A stretch of 64,000 bases of DNA from Candidatus Heimdallarchaeum aukensis (GTDB lineage: Archaea; Asgardarchaeota; Heimdallarchaeia; Heimdallarchaeales; Heimdallarchaeaceae), in contig CP084166.1 of the NCBI GenBank assembly GCA_021513695.1, forward strand, positions 1,952,001 to 2,016,000. The letters run 5' to 3'. Of the stretch, positions 19,605 to 29,761 are shown piece by piece. The notes beneath the pieces are model-generated. The model ran no database searches, was not told where the DNA came from, and saw only the letters and a list, made by a program, of their open reading frames with translations. The number at the start of each line of letters is the position of its first letter. Positions within the stretch are counted from its first letter, which is position 1. The position numbers and the translations under genes are program-made.

Positions 19605-22600
19605 CTATTGTTCAAGAAGAAAATCTGATAAATTAACAGATTTCTTTTTCTCTGTTTTTCTAATTTTACGCTTTGATTTTTTATCAGCTGATCCATCATC
19701 AGGTAGGAACATTGTTAAAATGTTTTGTTTTAGTACGTCTATCCTAGATCGCAAATATTCTGAAACTGAATATTTCGAAACTAAATAATTGATAATATTA
19801 AGATATTTGGTTACTGATTTTTCAAAAACAGTAAGATTTAGCTTATTTGCACCACATTTTGTACAATATCCGCCCAAAGGAATACGACGATAGGTAGTAT
19901 TACAATTTGTGCAACGTATTTTTTGGCTACCAAATCTACGCATATTACCTATAAGATCTGGCAGAAATTGTTTGAAAATTACTCTTGTTGCTACATCGTC
20001 AACATCAACTGCTCTAATCTTACTAGCTAGTTCTAATTGTGCATCCACTTTTTCTTTCATTGTAGCTAAACGAGTATAAAGAGAAGATTTTTCGCCTACG
20101 AAAATTGAGGAAGTCTCATGACTATAGGAAAAACCTTCATAGGCAGCTTTTGTGTTTAACCTATGACTTACAATGTCAATTAAAGGGAGAACCTTCTTTG
20201 CGGGTAATGATTTCAGTGTAGATTCATAAAAAGACAAAGGATAAGAGTTACCTGTATCAACGTTATGAGACTCATCATCAACCTCAAAGGGATCTATTGT
20301 AGAAACCAAAATTAGCGGGGCATCCATTTGACCGCCTCTAACTTCTGGTAAAAAGAATTTTGAAAAATTAAGAAAAGCATCAAGAGCTAGAAGAATACTA
20401 TCCTCATCTCCATCGCAGTTCATCGTAATGCAACTAGTTGTCTGGAAATTATGTAACATTGTGTCATTTCTTATTGTTTCAACTTCCAAACAATATGAAG
20501 CCTCTTCTTTTGCAATATTATTTATTTCAGCTATTTGGTCACATATAGTATTATGTGCTTCTTTAAGTTCATAATAGTGATTGTTGTATTTTATCCGTCT
20601 ATTTTCAGGAAAACCTTTTTTAATAAATTGTTTCAGTTTTTCTTTTTTATTTTGATTAATTAGATCTAGATGTTGCATTATCCAAAGGTCTGCTCCTCTA
20701 ATAGATATTTTGTGAACAACTGTCTTTTTAGGCTCTTTTCCCAATTCTTTATATTTTTCCAATATTTTTTTGCCAAAATGTCCTTCTGGAGAAGATACTC
20801 TAGATCTTACGAATACACCAATGGTTGAAAAGAGATAAGTTATATCCTTTAATAATTCATTTGAAACAGAATAGAATGATATTTCCCCTACATCTTTTGA
20901 GAGCGTTCCATCTCCATCTAGATAGGCGGAAATAAAAGCTAATTTATATTTAGTTGGTACTGTATAGAGAAAGTTTGGCAAACGTTTTCTATAAGCTCCT
21001 TTCCCCATATTCCATGCATATGCGAAAAGATAGGCTAATATTCTTCCAGAACAAATAACGTTTCTTTCTTCGCTGATATAAGGAGTAAGACCTAGAGTTC
21101 GTTTTATTATTTCCACCAAATATTTTCTCATTTTTTCGTCTGGGATAGAAAAATTAATCTGATAACAGTTCTTATTATCCCGAATATGTCCTTCAGAAAT
21201 GTAATAACCTAGAATTCTCATTAACTCATCATTAAAAGGAAAATAGGGAGAAATAGTAAAATCATCTCTAGCCATCCCCAATCTTGCATCTGAAGGGATC
21301 TCATTCCAGTCAAAAATTCCTTCTTTTTGCAAAAGTTCTAAGTGGGATAAGGGGATAGAATCAAACCAGTGATTAGAAAAGAAGTATGTAGAATGAGGTA
21401 TATCGATTCCTTTTGAAAGAATATAATTTAGAAGTATCTTAGTACATGAAGAAGAGTTAATATTGCTGCTTTTTTCTTGAGAAAGTTTATTGCAGAAATC
21501 GTTTAACTTACTTTTTATCCAATTTCGGGCTTTTCTAAGTCTTACTGTGTGTTTAAATTCAGTAAACTTCTTGCTGTCAGGTAAGTTTTTTGCCAATTCC
21601 TCTAAAACATTTACTACTTTGTTATGTTGAAACCCTAACTCTGGAATCTTTGTTTTAATTGCAATATATTCGCCTATTTGTAAATTTCTTGCTTTCACAT
21701 TTTCGAAATCATTTGTCAGTTCATTCAACACGAGCATATTGTGGTCAGGTGTTACTGTTATTTCATTTCCACTTTTGGTTTTTATTTGCAACCATCTTTC
21801 ACTTTTTCCCTTAATCCAATGCTTGATGGGTTGTAAAATAGAAGAAGAGTTTTTTTGATCTAGACTAATGACCTTCCATTCTTTATGAAGATTCTCAATT
21901 GCAAATGTCCCAAAATCATCTACCAGCTTACTCTTAGCTCCTGATTTTATCTCTTCTTCTACTAGTTCTCCAATACTTTTTACAATGACCTGTTTCTTAT
22001 TTTCGTCCCAAATAAGTAGTTGTTCAGTTGGAAATAAACAATTTCTTCTTTTTGCTGCATGCCAATAAGGATGAGCTAATATTACTTTAGCATCAGTAAA
22101 TCCTATTAACCTTCCAGCAATACCTGCTGAAGTATGAGGAGCTAAACCTATAATTAAATGACCAACTAGGTCATTAATTGTTTTTGCTTTGTAAAAGGGA
22201 GGAAGTCCATACAATCTTTCTAACAACTCATCGATAAAATGAGAGACTTTTAGGAGATATTTACCTCCTTCCTCATTAACAATCACATCTTGAATTTTTA
22301 ATTCTAGTAGCTGATCTTCATTTTCTAGTAAATTCCCATGAATATCGTGTGTATAACCTATAGAATGGAGTTTTGAAATTGAAACACCAATTTCTTTTGG
22401 CTTAAAATGCGTAATTACAGCATCAGTAGCATCAAAACGTATTGTTCCATCACGGTATACAAATACATCGTTTAAAGAACGTAATATCCCTTTTACTATA
22501 AATTCTGGTATACGATGTTTATTCATCAGTTTTTTAACAGCTTTTACATTTTTAGGTAAATCAGAGTTAAATTCTCTTGCAATTTTTCTAAATTCTTCGT

Positions 22601-24776
22601 TAATAGGAAAGGGTTTAGTTTTGTAACTAATTAGAGGTATCCCACACCTTTTACATTTATCGTCATTAGATTCTAACCCACATCTTGGACAAAATTTAAT
22701 GATTTCTGTTACTACATTACAACGTGAACATATGGATAAATGCGTAGTAGAACCACATACATGACATTTTCTTTGTACTAATTCGATCTCTATAACTTTT
22801 TTTTCACTCGCGGAAACAATATTTCTTTGATTACCTCCTGCTTCACCAATTGGAAAAAGTAGATGCACTGGAGGTTTCATCTTTCTACTTTTAGCTTTTT
22901 CTGGACGCCCCATTCTTGCACCAGTATAACAAGGACACTTATCTCTCACTTTAATATATTTGTAGGAGTTAATTATTTCTAAAACAGTTTTTGCTTTATT
23001 TTCCACCGGAAGTAAACTTCCATTTTTAAAACCTAAAGATATTAGTAGAGTTTGCGAATGTTCCCCAAATAAAATTTTTCCATCCCTTATAGAGTGAGGA
23101 ATGCATATTTCTTCCAAAATTGTTTTTATCTCTTTATCATAAGGTAACTCTAAATTTTCATCTTTATTATAGTATGATGATATATATTCACGTAACCGAA
23201 TATATGCAGAAATTGAAATATCATTCCAATGATATGTATATTCAGGATGAAGTGGAATATCAAGTAAAAGCGATAGTCCTATAGCTTCTTCAGCGGTTGG
23301 GATAATGTTCAAGGGGTCTTTTATGAACTTATCAAACTTTTGTTTTTTATTTTTAAAAAACTGATTTATCTCTACTTCAGAAAAATTCATTAACTGCTTC
23401 TCAAGTTCTTTTGCCCACCATTCTTCACAATATCCAGAAGGTACAAGATCATGGTTAAACTGGTTAAATTCACCTACACCATAAAGCATATCTCCAAGAA
23501 AAAGAATCTTTTCTATTTGATCTTTTAATTGAATACCTTCTTCATAGGAATTAACTTTACAAACATTACCGTTTTTTAGAAGCACAATAGGTGGATGTAT
23601 AGAATCCACAGGCATGACAATGGCTCCTTTTCCGGGTCTTTCTGTTCGCAAATGTGTTCCACAAACCAAAAAATCATTTGTGATTGCAAAAAGTGCTGGA
23701 TGTACACCCATTGCAGCTAATCCAGTAATTCTAGAACGCCCATATCTAATCCTAAAACCACCTTTCGCGGATGGATGACTAAAAACTGGCCTTCCACCAA
23801 TTACGTCTTGAATATAACCTGTATCAGGCTTAATAAACAAATTATCTTGCTCAATTTCATGTTTACTTGTACCTTTTTCTTCATCAGTTTCTCCAGAATT
23901 CTCAATATTCTGGCTTGAGTGTATTTGTATTAAATCGGAAAACCAGTCCCAACCCTTTAATTTATGTTTTGATACTCTTTTTTCAAGTTTTTTTACTCTA
24001 CCCACAATACCGTCATTAAAAACTAAACAAGCACCTCCTCTAAGTCTATTAGTTTCAATACGTTTCAAATCTCTATTTCCAGAAACTTCAACTTTCTCAG
24101 TAGGTTCTCCTGTGATTTCAATGGGAAGATTTCTTGCCGCAAATCGCTGCTCCTCTTTAGTTGTGGGAAGTTGTAAATGCATTACTTTGTTGTAAAGATC
24201 TATTTCCTCTACCGTTCGCTCTATTTCTCTCTCTGTAGGTTTATACCTATCAAGTTTTAATGTTCGTCGTATGTGATCAGCCAACAAAACACTCATACCC
24301 GCTGCCGTACCACCAGCAGAGCGTATAGGTCCAGCATAGTAAACAGCTAAGTAGTCGGATCCGTCATCATTTTGCTTAATTTTTACTTTCGCTATACCTT
24401 CAAGAGGAGCTGCAGTGATGCTTTCAGTTATTATTGCCAATGATGTACGGAGTGCTTGCTCGGCGAGCTCAATTTTTTCAGAAGAAAAAAATTTACCTTC
24501 AGCTATTTCTTCTGCAATTTTAAATGCCACGCTTTCGCGAGAGAGACCTTGTCTTTCAAGTTCTCTAATTCTCTTCCCAACCCCTTTAGGTCCAATTAAT
24601 CCTTCAACTCGATCAGCAATATCTTTAGCGATAGGTATTTCAACTTCAGAAGAAGGATCATAACCTTTTTTTCTCGCCTGTTTAGCAATCCTATAAGTTT
24701 GTTCTATCAATGAATTAATTTCCTCAAAATATCCCCTAACATTTACTGAAATTAACTCGTCATCTGATATTTCCAT
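19605..24776 (-). CDS. DNA polymerase II (PolD) large subunit DP2, intein-containing
   Basis: DP2 N-terminus, Zn-ribbon clusters, and the RRN/CDGDED catalytic motif split by a 541-aa insertion. Confidence 0.95.
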   Translation of the reverse strand: MEISDDELISVNVRGYFEEINSLIEQTYRIAKQARKKGYDPSSEVEIPIAKDIADRVEGLIGPKGVGKRIRELERQGLSRESVAFKIAEEIAEGKFFSSEKIELAEQALRTSLAIITESITAAPLEGIAKVKIKQNDDGSDYLAVYYAGPIRSAGGTAAGMSVLLADHIRRTLKLDRYKPTEREIERTVEEIDLYNKVMHLQLPTTKEEQRFAARNLPIEITGEPTEKVEVSGNRDLKRIETNRLRGGACLVFNDGIVGRVKKLEKRVSKHKLKGWDWFSDLIQIHSSQNIENSGETDEEKGTSKHEIEQDNLFIKPDTGYIQDVIGGRPVFSHPSAKGGFRIRYGRSRITGLAAMGVHPALFAITNDFLVCGTHLRTERPGKGAIVMPVDSIHPPIVLLKNGNVCKVNSYEEGIQLKDQIEKILFLGDMLYGVGEFNQFNHDLVPSGYCEEWWAKELEKQLMNFSEVEINQFFKNKKQKFDKFIKDPLNIIPTAEEAIGLSLLLDIPLHPEYTYHWNDISISAYIRLREYISSYYNKDENLELPYDKEIKTILEEICIPHSIRDGKILFGEHSQTLLISLGFKNGSLLPVENKAKTVLEIINSYKYIKVRDKCPCYTGARMGRPEKAKSRKMKPPVHLLFPIGEAGGNQRNIVSASEKKVIEIELVQRKCHVCGSTTHLSICSRCNVVTEIIKFCPRCGLESNDDKCKRCGIPLISYKTKPFPINEEFRKIAREFNSDLPKNVKAVKKLMNKHRIPEFIVKGILRSLNDVFVYRDGTIRFDATDAVITHFKPKEIGVSISKLHSIGYTHDIHGNLLENEDQLLELKIQDVIVNEEGGKYLLKVSHFIDELLERLYGLPPFYKAKTINDLVGHLIIGLAPHTSAGIAGRLIGFTDAKVILAHPYWHAAKRRNCLFPTEQLLIWDENKKQVIVKSIGELVEEEIKSGAKSKLVDDFGTFAIENLHKEWKVISLDQKNSSSILQPIKHWIKGKSERWLQIKTKSGNEITVTPDHNMLVLNELTNDFENVKARNLQIGEYIAIKTKIPELGFQHNKVVNVLEELAKNLPDSKKFTEFKHTVRLRKARNWIKSKLNDFCNKLSQEKSSNINSSSCTKILLNYILSKGIDIPHSTYFFSNHWFDSIPLSHLELLQKEGIFDWNEIPSDARLGMARDDFTISPYFPFNDELMRILGYYISEGHIRDNKNCYQINFSIPDEKMRKYLVEIIKRTLGLTPYISEERNVICSGRILAYLFAYAWNMGKGAYRKRLPNFLYTVPTKYKLAFISAYLDGDGTLSKDVGEISFYSVSNELLKDITYLFSTIGVFVRSRVSSPEGHFGKKILEKYKELGKEPKKTVVHKISIRGADLWIMQHLDLINQNKKEKLKQFIKKGFPENRRIKYNNHYYELKEAHNTICDQIAEINNIAKEEASYCLEVETIRNDTMLHNFQTTSCITMNCDGDEDSILLALDAFLNFSKFFLPEVRGGQMDAPLILVSTIDPFEVDDESHNVDTGNSYPLSFYESTLKSLPAKKVLPLIDIVSHRLNTKAAYEGFSYSHETSSIFVGEKSSLYTRLATMKEKVDAQLELASKIRAVDVDDVATRVIFKQFLPDLIGNMRRFGSQKIRCTNCNTTYRRIPLGGYCTKCGANKLNLTVFEKSVTKYLNIINYLVSKYSVSEYLRSRIDVLKQNILTMFLPDDGSADKKSKRKIRKTEKKKSVNLSDFLLEQ
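20418..22040 (-). mobile_element. intein with LAGLIDADG homing-endonuclease domain, inserted in DP2 between RRN and CDGDED
   Basis: The insertion starts with Cys (CLFPTE...) and ends ...SCITMN before extein +1 Cys. The internal LAGLIDADG motifs are ILGYYISEGH and FISAYLDGDG. I checked the codons at both junctions against the DNA. Confidence 0.8.
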
Positions 24777-24882
24777 TACAAATAATTAATTGGTAAATGG
24801 CTTTTAGTTTTTTTCATATTCGTGAGTTAAAATATTTTACTAAATAGACGAACTATTTTTTAATATTATAAATAAACAGGTA

Positions 24883-24902
24883 TTTCCCCTTTCACTGGAA
24901 AT
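24883..24902 (-). promoter_or_regulatory. origin recognition box (ORB)-like element, inverted copy
   Basis: The reverse complement is ATTTCCAGTGAAAGGGGAAA, a CCAGTGAAA core followed by a G4 run. Confidence 0.55.
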
Positions 24903-24977
24903 TTTATTGTTATATTCTAATTCAACTTTTGTTGTGAATGGTTGTGAACATGTGAATAAAGAATCAGACTAATTCAT

Positions 24978-24998
24978 CTTCCAGTGGAAATAAAGGGG
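24978..24998 (+). promoter_or_regulatory. origin recognition box (ORB) element
   Basis: CTTCCAGTGGAAATAAAGGGG has the canonical archaeal ORB dyad core TCCAGTGGAAA followed by a G-string. Confidence 0.6.
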
Positions 24999-25291
24999 TT
25001 AGTTAAGAATATATTTAATTATTTAATAAAATGAAGTAGTAAAATAAATCACATGTACATGCCATCTAGCAAGTAATTAAAGATTTTTTTTGTTGTGAAC
25101 AGCGGTGAATGTTTTAAACTCAAGAGTTGTGAAACAAAATAAAGACATTCTAAAGTATTCTGTCGGTTATATCTGTTCACTTATCTTCAAATCATTGTGA
25201 ATTTTGAAAACAACGTATCTGCTAGGTATTACGTTTGCAGTTCTCATAAAAAACCAATAAAGAATCAACAAAAAATCAAAAAAAAAGAAAA

Positions 25292-25726
25292 TCATGCATT
25301 AATTTTCTCAGCTTTATATTTTTCTAATATCTTGGCTATTCTTTCTGCAATTGGCCCTGTACCTTTTACTCCTTCCTCTGAAACTGTGAATCTATCTAAC
25401 ACTTGTATGATTCCTGCTTCTTCTATAATTTTCACATTTTGTGGTTGAAACATAGCTGATAATTCCTTTGCAAGACCAGTAAGATCAAAGGGTTCTTCTG
25501 CCAAAGTTATTTCGGAAATACTCTTCCCTGCAATAAAAACTCTAAATATTTTCACATTATCACTTTCAGCATCACCCAACACAAGATTCAAGGATTGATC
25601 TTGGATTCCACGTAATATTCCAGTATAGACTCTACCTGATTCTAAAATAATTTTTACACGTTTGTTCAAAAGTGCACTCAATTCTAACAGAAATTCTCGA
25701 TTTGGATTACTTGGCATATCTATCAA
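25292..25726 (-). CDS. Sm-like archaeal protein with C-terminal extension
   Basis: Sm1-like segment RVKIILESGRVYTGILRGIQDQSLNLVLGDAES. The 144-aa length suggests an SmAP3-like two-domain protein. Confidence 0.6.
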   Translation of the reverse strand: MIDMPSNPNREFLLELSALLNKRVKIILESGRVYTGILRGIQDQSLNLVLGDAESDNVKIFRVFIAGKSISEITLAEEPFDLTGLAKELSAMFQPQNVKIIEEAGIIQVLDRFTVSEEGVKGTGPIAERIAKILEKYKAEKINA

Positions 25727-25780
25727 GGTTCAATTTTTCTATTATTAAAAAAATGTTGTTATTTTTGAGCATTTAGTAAT

Positions 25781-27784
25781 TTAGAAATTAATCTCAGACA
25801 CGGTATTTTTTATTTTTTCCTTTGTATTTCGATGTGTTATTGTGTAAATAGGACACACATCAAAACATTTCTCACATTGGACGCAAGTACTAGGGTCAAC
25901 AATCAAACCTTTGTTATTAAAAGATAATGAATAGGTTTTACATTCATCAAAGCACAGTTTACACTCTAAACATTCTTCAGTTCGTAACACAGAAAAAACA
26001 AATTTTTCAACAAAATTTTTCAATTTCTTTTCATTATTTTTTCCCAATCTCAATTTAAAAGTCCCATCAGGATAGAGAAATGCTGTAAAATCATTTTTCT
26101 TTACCTGTATGAAATCTAAACTATTATTATTAACAACTTTTCCTACCATTGAAAGTGTTTTTTGTAGATTTTCAAATTTAGTAATCCTCGAAAAAGAACC
26201 AATTATAGTAGTTTGTTGTACTCTACATTCTGATTCTTCTACATCAATATCATCCAAATCAATAGCCATTTTTCTTTTTTCAATTATAAAGAGATCTTTT
26301 TTATCAAGTGTCAAAATATTTCTAATTTTTTGAGGGATGTGCTTAAAACGCCATAAGCCTTTAGTAATATACTCTTTCGGTAATTTCTTTTTATTTCTCC
26401 ATTTTTCTAATTCTCGTGATAATTTCTTATACAATCGCCTATTATTGTTTTTCAATAAATCAAATTGAGCAAGATTTGATGAAGGACAAACCCAACAGCC
26501 TATGCGTTCATATTGTTTATCATATAAAGGATTGTAAGGTAAGTTATTTAAGAAAATATATAACCAAACAACTAAAGCAGTCCAATTTTGAATAGGAGAG
26601 ACATTTATTTGATTAGGAATATAATGATTTTGCCAGATATCGGCAGTAGCTCGAGCATAAGATTCATAACGTCGTTGACCAACTAAACTTATACATTTTC
26701 CTTCAGGGTAATTCTGGAGTATTAACTCTCTAATAGGAGCTAGCTTCGCAAATTTACAACAATATCTATAATCCCTTCCAGGAGGACCAAATTTCTGAAA
26801 AGCATTCCAAAATGTTTTAGTTTTAACTTTTTTTACTTTTAAATTGTCTTTAAAATTCATTTTTTTACTTAACCTTTTTACATAAGAAACTGTTTGAGGA
26901 AATTCTATTCCAGTATCTACAAAAAAGATTTTCAAGTCTTCCTCTGGTAAAGCTTTTTGAGCTAAGTCTAAAGTAACCAAACTATCCTTTCCGCCACTAA
27001 AACTTACAGCCACAGGTAGCTTTAACTCCTCCTTTATTCTTCTGATAAATTGAACAGCTTCTTTAGTAATATCATTAATTATACTTGAATTTGCTTCAAT
27101 TACTTCATCCCATGTCGTTTTCTTTATTTTTCTTAGAGTTCTATTTTTTATGGTGACATAATTTTTTGCATAAGTCCCTCTTGCTTGTTTTTTTCTTTCT
27201 ACTTCATTAATTTTGGCTATGCCCCCAGCAATTACGTTTTTATTCTTATCCAAAATTGCAATGTAATTATCTTTTCTTATTCGACGATCTGCGTCGATAA
27301 TTCCAGGAATAAGCGCATTTGAGCCATTTAAAATGTTATTAATTGCACCATCATCAACAATTACCCAATTTTTTCTAATCTCTTTTTCTATCAATAAAAG
27401 TCCATAAGCATTTAATTTAATGGTCCAATGCCTATAAACTAGATCATATCGCCTTATTCCAATGATATTACCATAATAAACTATTTCATCCATCTGATCC
27501 TCTGAACCCACATGGTTGAGCAGTAATACGTCATCTAAAGAAAATATCTTTTTTCTTACTCCAAAATTCCGTTTTATTAGCTTTAATATTTCCTTTATAT
27601 CCTGTTTTGTAGCTGGGCGAACATCATAGGGAGGAGTTATTGGGATTTTATTTAATTTCTTCCCGCATTTAGGACAAATATCAGACTTAACAATTGGTAG
27701 AGAACAATCACTACAAAAATAGAGAATATTTTTTCCTAAATAGGGAATATTCTTCTTTTTCTTTCGTTTTTTCTTTTCTTGCAT
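25781..27784 (-). CDS. PUA-domain PP-loop ATP pyrophosphatase (PAPS-reductase-like) with C-terminal 2x[4Fe-4S] ferredoxin domain
   Basis: N-terminal Zn ribbon CSDCS...CPKCG, a PP-loop VAVSFSGGKDS, conserved Cys pairs (CCKF, CWVCP), and C-terminal CLECKLCFDEC...CVQCEKCFDVCP. Confidence 0.6.
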   Translation of the reverse strand: MQEKKKRKKKKNIPYLGKNILYFCSDCSLPIVKSDICPKCGKKLNKIPITPPYDVRPATKQDIKEILKLIKRNFGVRKKIFSLDDVLLLNHVGSEDQMDEIVYYGNIIGIRRYDLVYRHWTIKLNAYGLLLIEKEIRKNWVIVDDGAINNILNGSNALIPGIIDADRRIRKDNYIAILDKNKNVIAGGIAKINEVERKKQARGTYAKNYVTIKNRTLRKIKKTTWDEVIEANSSIINDITKEAVQFIRRIKEELKLPVAVSFSGGKDSLVTLDLAQKALPEEDLKIFFVDTGIEFPQTVSYVKRLSKKMNFKDNLKVKKVKTKTFWNAFQKFGPPGRDYRYCCKFAKLAPIRELILQNYPEGKCISLVGQRRYESYARATADIWQNHYIPNQINVSPIQNWTALVVWLYIFLNNLPYNPLYDKQYERIGCWVCPSSNLAQFDLLKNNNRRLYKKLSRELEKWRNKKKLPKEYITKGLWRFKHIPQKIRNILTLDKKDLFIIEKRKMAIDLDDIDVEESECRVQQTTIIGSFSRITKFENLQKTLSMVGKVVNNNSLDFIQVKKNDFTAFLYPDGTFKLRLGKNNEKKLKNFVEKFVFSVLRTEECLECKLCFDECKTYSLSFNNKGLIVDPSTCVQCEKCFDVCPIYTITHRNTKEKIKNTVSEINF

Positions 27785-27788
27785 TGCA

Positions 27789-28808
27789 TTATACCTGTTT
27801 TAGTAATCTCATCAACACCCTAGGTAAGGAATTATAACTTTTTATTTCGGCAAATTTTCCTCGTCCTAATCTTGCAAGATCTTTGCATAACCTAGTTCCC
27901 CAATCATGTTTTGATGGAAGTGCAATAACATGTAATTTAGGATAATACATTAAGTATTTTCGGGGGTCTCCTCCTCTGTTGAATGCACCATCTGTTATTA
28001 AAATACCAAATTTATTCTTTCTTTTTATTTTCTCTAATTCAAGACCACCATATTTCAATCCTTCAGCAATATTTGTATAACCAGCACTCTCACTTTCTAA
28101 TATTCTATTTACTAATTCATCGGTTCTTACTCTTTCTTTCATTCTTTTAATCACAGTTGCTTTTGTATTGAACAATACTACACTGAAATTATCGCGTGCT
28201 AGGTTGTAGGCCATAACTGCAACAGCAAGAGCAGCAGTTGTAAATTTTTCACCATATAAAGAACCTGAAGTATCAAAAATCAATACGGCTGTTTTTAACC
28301 TCTCTTTTCTTTCTAAAGCTACAATATCTTCCCTATGCAATATTCTACTTCGATTTTGTAAGAATCGTTCTAGGGTTTCATCAATATCAAATTCATCTAA
28401 ACCAGGTTCAAACTCTGTTTGTTCAAAAACCTCTCCACGAATACCTTGACCAGTTATACCGTAAGCTGTTTTCAAGATTACTTGCCTAGCCAATCTCCTG
28501 AAAATAGGCCTCATTTTATCATCTATTGCTGTTCTTAGCATGAAAAACAATTCTGGAGCACTACTATCTCCTTTTGCAGCTCTTCGAGCTAGAAGGGTGT
28601 AGCCTTTTTTTGAGTTCAAAGCTTCTGCTACAGCAAATTTATTTGATATAGCTAATCCTTGAATAGCAGGCATATTGTTTACATCAATAGCTAATTCGGT
28701 CTGTTTTTTTATCTCATAGAAACTCATTCCATCTGAAAGACTAGAATATACAGATGGATTCCTTTTACCAGAGACTATTTCTGCTTCAAGTAGTTTGTTT
28801 TTATCCAT
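27789..28808 (-). CDS. von Willebrand factor A (vWA) domain protein
   Basis: MIDAS-like DTSGS (VLIFDTSGSL), a downstream ITDG, and a gene order typical of MoxR partners. Confidence 0.65.
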   Translation of the reverse strand: MDKNKLLEAEIVSGKRNPSVYSSLSDGMSFYEIKKQTELAIDVNNMPAIQGLAISNKFAVAEALNSKKGYTLLARRAAKGDSSAPELFFMLRTAIDDKMRPIFRRLARQVILKTAYGITGQGIRGEVFEQTEFEPGLDEFDIDETLERFLQNRSRILHREDIVALERKERLKTAVLIFDTSGSLYGEKFTTAALAVAVMAYNLARDNFSVVLFNTKATVIKRMKERVRTDELVNRILESESAGYTNIAEGLKYGGLELEKIKRKNKFGILITDGAFNRGGDPRKYLMYYPKLHVIALPSKHDWGTRLCKDLARLGRGKFAEIKSYNSLPRVLMRLLKQV

Positions 28809-28864
28809 TCGACCTCTGTAAACGTATGGCTTTTGAAGATCAAAGCTTATGTCCCCCCCCTCTG

Positions 28865-29761
28865 TTAGAAAAAATCCTCTTCTTCAAACACCTTGTTTAC
28901 AATTTCTTTTATTACATCTTCTACTTGGCTTTCTACTCCATCCTCTAATTCTATCTTTGTAGCTAAAGCCATAATGCTGCTATCAATCCAAGAATCAATG
29001 TCATTAGGATCTAAAAATCGGATTATAGAAGCTAAATCTATTGCTCCACGGATTGAGGAACCTCTCCTTAGATCAGGCCAATCCCTTGTTTTTCTAACAA
29101 TTCTTACAGCAATTTTTACAATTTTATCGTCTTTTATTCCTGTTTTTACACGAACAATATTTTCTTCTTCTTCTTCAGATTGATAATTTAAACGAACCCA
29201 AACAAATCTATCTCTTAAAGCCTCACTTAATGGTGTTGTGGCTACAAGTTCTGCTGGATTCATAGCACTTATTATAAAGAAACCATCTTTAGCTTTCACT
29301 TCTCCTAATTTAGGCAAAATGATTGTACCCTCATCCATTGCAGCTAATAAAACATTTTGAGTACCTTCAGGCATACGGTTAAGTTCATTAAGAAAAAGTA
29401 TAGCTCCATCTTGCATAGCTTTTGTTAATGCTCCTGTGACAAAAGATTCCCAGCTATATCCTTTTTCTATTACCATAGGGGGATCAAAGTGCCCCACTAA
29501 TTTTGAACTACTATAACGCTCATCTCCGTCCACTCTTTCAATATTTTGTGAGAAGTAGGAAGCAATAGCATGAGCTAATGTAGTTTTTCCTACACCTACA
29601 TCTCCTTCTAATAAAATATGTCTTTCAGCTAGTTTGGCAGCTAAGCATTTTCTGAGTTCTCTTTCACGACCCACAATATTATATTTATCTTGTATCTCGC
29701 TAATCATCTCATCAATAGTCTTCTCTTGTTTCGCAACGCTTTTTGCAGTCATTTTAACCAC
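28865..29761 (-). CDS. MoxR-like AAA+ ATPase
   Basis: Walker A LLEGDVGVGKTTLA, Walker B ILFLNELNR, and a MoxR-family length of about 300 aa. Confidence 0.8.
   Translation of the reverse strand: MVKMTAKSVAKQEKTIDEMISEIQDKYNIVGRERELRKCLAAKLAERHILLEGDVGVGKTTLAHAIASYFSQNIERVDGDERYSSSKLVGHFDPPMVIEKGYSWESFVTGALTKAMQDGAILFLNELNRMPEGTQNVLLAAMDEGTIILPKLGEVKAKDGFFIISAMNPAELVATTPLSEALRDRFVWVRLNYQSEEEEENIVRVKTGIKDDKIVKIAVRIVRKTRDWPDLRRGSSIRGAIDLASIIRFLDPNDIDSWIDSSIMALATKIELEDGVESQVEDVIKEIVNKVFEEEDFF

Noticed and set aside
24415-24663. 82-aa + strand ORF
   Set aside because: It is antisense within the DP2 gene, with no motifs or support.
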